Shown piece by piece: positions 49,265 through 51,423 of a stretch of DNA of 51,423 nt. The stretch's first letter is position 1; each line of letters starts with the position of its first letter. Location: NCBI GenBank assembly GCA_050257435.1, contig JBLMWW010000092.1, positions 1-51,423 on the forward strand. Reading direction: 5' to 3'. Both the position numbers and the translations under genes were made by a program. The notes beneath the pieces are model-generated. The model was given only the letters and a program-made list of their open reading frames with translations. It did no database searches and had not been told where the DNA came from. Source of the DNA: Rudaea sp. GTDB taxonomy: Bacteria > Pseudomonadota > Gammaproteobacteria > Burkholderiales > Casimicrobiaceae.

Positions 49265-49948
49265 ATGCCGCTCGCTACCTCGCCGCGCCGGCCGCACGTC
49301 CCCCCGGCCGCCATCGCTCCCGTGCCGCTCACCGCACGCCAGCGCCAGATCCTCGACTGGATTCGCACCTACCTCGAAGCGCACGGGATGCCGCCGACGC
49401 GCGCGGAGATCGCGGGCGGCCTCGGCTTCTCCACGCCGAGCTCGGCAGAAGACCACCTGCAGGCGCTCGCGCGGAAGGGCGCGATCGAGATCCTCCCCGG
49501 CGCCTCGCGCGGGCTGCGGCTCAGGGAATTGCCGGGCGTCCCGGTGCAGGGCACGCTGCCCCTCGTGGGCCGCGTCGCGGCCGGGCAGCCGATCCTCGCC
49601 GTCGAGAACATCGAGGCAAACTATCGCGTCGACCCCGCACTCTTCGTGCCGCGCGCCGATTACCTGTTGCGCGTGCGCGGCGACAGCATGCGCGATGCGG
49701 GCATCCTCGACGGCGACCTTCTCGCCGTGCACCGCACGCACGAAGCGCGCAACGGTCAGATCGTCGTCGCACGCGTCGGCGGCATGGGCGGCGACGAGGT
49801 GACGGTCAAGCGCTTTCGCAAGCGCGCGCGGGACATCGTGCTCGCGCCGGAAAACCGCGCGTTCGAGCCGATCGTCGTCGATCCGCGCACGACACCGTTC
49901 GCAATCGAGGGCGTCGGCGTTGGCCTCGTCCGAAGCGGCGGCTGGTAG
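49265..49948 (+). CDS. lexA: SOS repressor LexA
   Basis: LTARQ...[19 protein letters not shown] cleavage site, VRGDSM catalytic Ser, VTVKR catalytic Lys. Start is uncertain (49265 or 49322). Confidence 0.96.
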   Translation: MPLATSPRRPHVPPAAIAPVPLTARQRQILDWIRTYLEAHGMPPTRAEIAGGLGFSTPSSAEDHLQALARKGAIEILPGASRGLRLRELPGVPVQGTLPLVGRVAAGQPILAVENIEANYRVDPALFVPRADYLLRVRGDSMRDAGILDGDLLAVHRTHEARNGQIVVARVGGMGGDEVTVKRFRKRARDIVLAPENRAFEPIVVDPRTTPFAIEGVGVGLVRSGGW

Positions 49949-49958
49949 CCGCCCGCGC

Positions 49959-49978
49959 CCGGCCTCGCGCGAGGCCGG
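49959..49978. terminator. Perfect 20-bp palindrome after lexA (possible hairpin or terminator)
   Basis: CCGGCCTCGCGCGAGGCCGG; only a weak U-tract follows. Confidence 0.35.
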
Positions 49979-50008
49979 TTCCCGCTCCTTCATTTTGCGG
50001 AGGCACTC

Positions 50009-50470
50009 ATGGTCGAACCCATTCCCGCCGGCTATCACAGCGTCACGCCGTACCTGATGGTCCGCAATGCCGCCAAGGCGCTCGCGTTCTATCGTGACGC
50101 GTTCGGCGCCTTGGAAGTGATGCGTTTCGAGGGCCCCGGCGACAAGGTGGCGCACGCGGAGATCAAGATCGGCGACTCGCACGTGATGCTCGCAGACGAG
50201 CACCCCGAGCACGGCTTCGTCGGCCCGCAAACGCTCGGCGGCGCGGGCATCAGCCTGATGCTCTACGTCGTCGACGTCGACAAGACGTTCGCACGGGCGC
50301 TTGCCGCCGGCGCGACCGAACGGCGCGCGGTGGCCGACCAGTTCTACGGCGATCGCGTCGGCACGCTGGTCGATCCGTTCGGGCACGTGTGGTCGATCGC
50401 GACGCATCGCGAGGACGTGTCGCTCGACGAGGTGCGCCGGCGCATGCAGGCGCTGTCCGCCAACGGCTGA
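50009..50470 (+). CDS. VOC/glyoxalase-family (PhnB-like) protein
   Basis: IPAGYHSVTPYL, HAEIKIGDS, DQFYGDRVG, DPFGHVW. Confidence 0.92.
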   Translation: MVEPIPAGYHSVTPYLMVRNAAKALAFYRDAFGALEVMRFEGPGDKVAHAEIKIGDSHVMLADEHPEHGFVGPQTLGGAGISLMLYVVDVDKTFARALAAGATERRAVADQFYGDRVGTLVDPFGHVWSIATHREDVSLDEVRRRMQALSANG

Positions 50471-50487
50471 ACCGCGAGGAGATCGCG

Positions 50488-51126
50488 ATGTATACGCTCT
50501 ACGGCAAGCAAGGATCGGGCTCGGCGGCGGTGGAGGCGGCGCTCCAAATCGCGCGCGCGCCGTTTCGCATCGTGGAAACCGCGACCTGGGCGCAAAACGA
50601 CGCCTACCGGGACCTGCTCAAAGCGAACCCGCTCGGGCAGGTGCCGACGCTCGTCCTCGACGACGGCAGCGCGCTGTCCGAAAGCGCGGCCATCCTCATT
50701 CATCTCGGCACCGCGCACCCCGACAGCAATTTGCTGCCGGAGAAAGCGACGAGGCGCGCGCAGGCGATCCGCGGCCTGGTGTTCATCGCCGCCAACTGCT
50801 ATTCGGCGATCAGCATCATCGACTACCCCGAGCGCTGGTGCGCGGACGCCGATCACGACGAGCCGGTGCAGGAACGCATTCGCGCCGGCACGCGGGCACG
50901 GCTTCACCGGCATTGGGAAATGTTCGCCGACGTCTTCCCCGCGCAGCCGTACCTGAGTGGCGCGGACCTGGGCGCGCTCGACCTGCTGGCGGTCGTGGTG
51001 TCGAAATGGGGAGGCGCGCGCCCGCACCTCGCGCAGCATCGCCCGGCTTTCCACGAGGCGCTGATGCGGATCGAAAGCCATCCCCATGTCGCGCCGGTGT
51101 TCGCGCGGCACTGGCCGCCGAAGTGA
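50488..51126 (+). CDS. Glutathione S-transferase family protein
   Basis: SD GAGGAG; NPLGQVPTL, LSESAAIL, PYLSG...LDL. Confidence 0.9.
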   Translation: MYTLYGKQGSGSAAVEAALQIARAPFRIVETATWAQNDAYRDLLKANPLGQVPTLVLDDGSALSESAAILIHLGTAHPDSNLLPEKATRRAQAIRGLVFIAANCYSAISIIDYPERWCADADHDEPVQERIRAGTRARLHRHWEMFADVFPAQPYLSGADLGALDLLAVVVSKWGGARPHLAQHRPAFHEALMRIESHPHVAPVFARHWPPK

Positions 51127-51241
51127 GCGCTGCGACGGCCGGCCATTGACAGCCCGCGGGTCGCGTCCGAGAGTAATCCCGGCCCGGCCCTTTCCCCGGA
51201 ACCCTGCCTGCCGGGCCTTCGTCCATCCAAGGAGAACGACC

Positions 51242-51423
51242 ATGATCGTCATGCGCCTCGCCGTCGCGCTTTGCGCGGCGTTGCTCGCGTCCTTCGCATT
51301 GCCTGCCGCCGCGTGGAACCGCATGCAGGCGACGCAGTTCGCCACGTTGCCCGCCGGCACCGCCCACCCCGAAGGCATCACCGCCGATGCGAAGGGCAAT
51401 CTTTACGTCGCCGATTTCGACGT
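51242..51423 (+). CDS. Secreted beta-propeller protein (SMP-30/gluconolactonase-like), 5' part only
   Basis: SD AAGGAG; signal peptide; HPEGITADAKGNLYVADF; runs off the window end. Confidence 0.7.
   Translation, partial: MIVMRLAVALCAALLASFALPAAAWNRMQATQFATLPAGTAHPEGITADAKGNLYVADFD

Noticed and set aside
51146-51174. TTGACA-17-GAGAGT promoter for the last gene
   Set aside because: The -35 is perfect but the -10 is weak, so it cannot be supported without TSS data.

Overview
A very GC-rich chromosomal segment, Betaproteobacteria-like by inference from gene content and order, devoted largely to low-oxygen life. From left to right it holds: the 5' part of hemN; a cytochrome cd1 nitrite reductase and heme d1 cluster (nirS-C-F-DL-G-H-J-N, with nirE divergent); a ~24 kb hypoxia-accessory block; the cbb3 oxidase cluster (usp-ccoI-S-N-O-Q-P-G-H-orf-dsbD-like); then USP, CHRD protein, tRNA-Leu(UAA), a DUF3182-like/hydrolase pair, a phasin, a hemerythrin-like protein, lexA, VOC and GST. 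The accessory block contains a Pat-type acetyltransferase, two P-type ATPases, a PaaK-like ligase, a cytochrome c, a CBS protein, an atypical GroEL without GroES, a MacAB-like ABC system, FNR plus two orphan response regulators, PhaC, ADH and a beta-CASP nuclease. Nine FNR-type boxes can be read directly, eight with a plausible -10 hexamer 21-23 nt away. The most striking observation is LexA. Its recognition helix carries N41S/A42S-type substitutions, and its near-consensus promoter is followed by a non-canonical operator (TACCG-N10-CGGTA instead of TACTG-N10-CAGTA). This suggests a naturally recoded SOS system resembling the lab-selected LexA408/op408 pair. No integrase, transposase or CRISPR array was seen. 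All family calls come from motif recognition by eye; no database searches were run.
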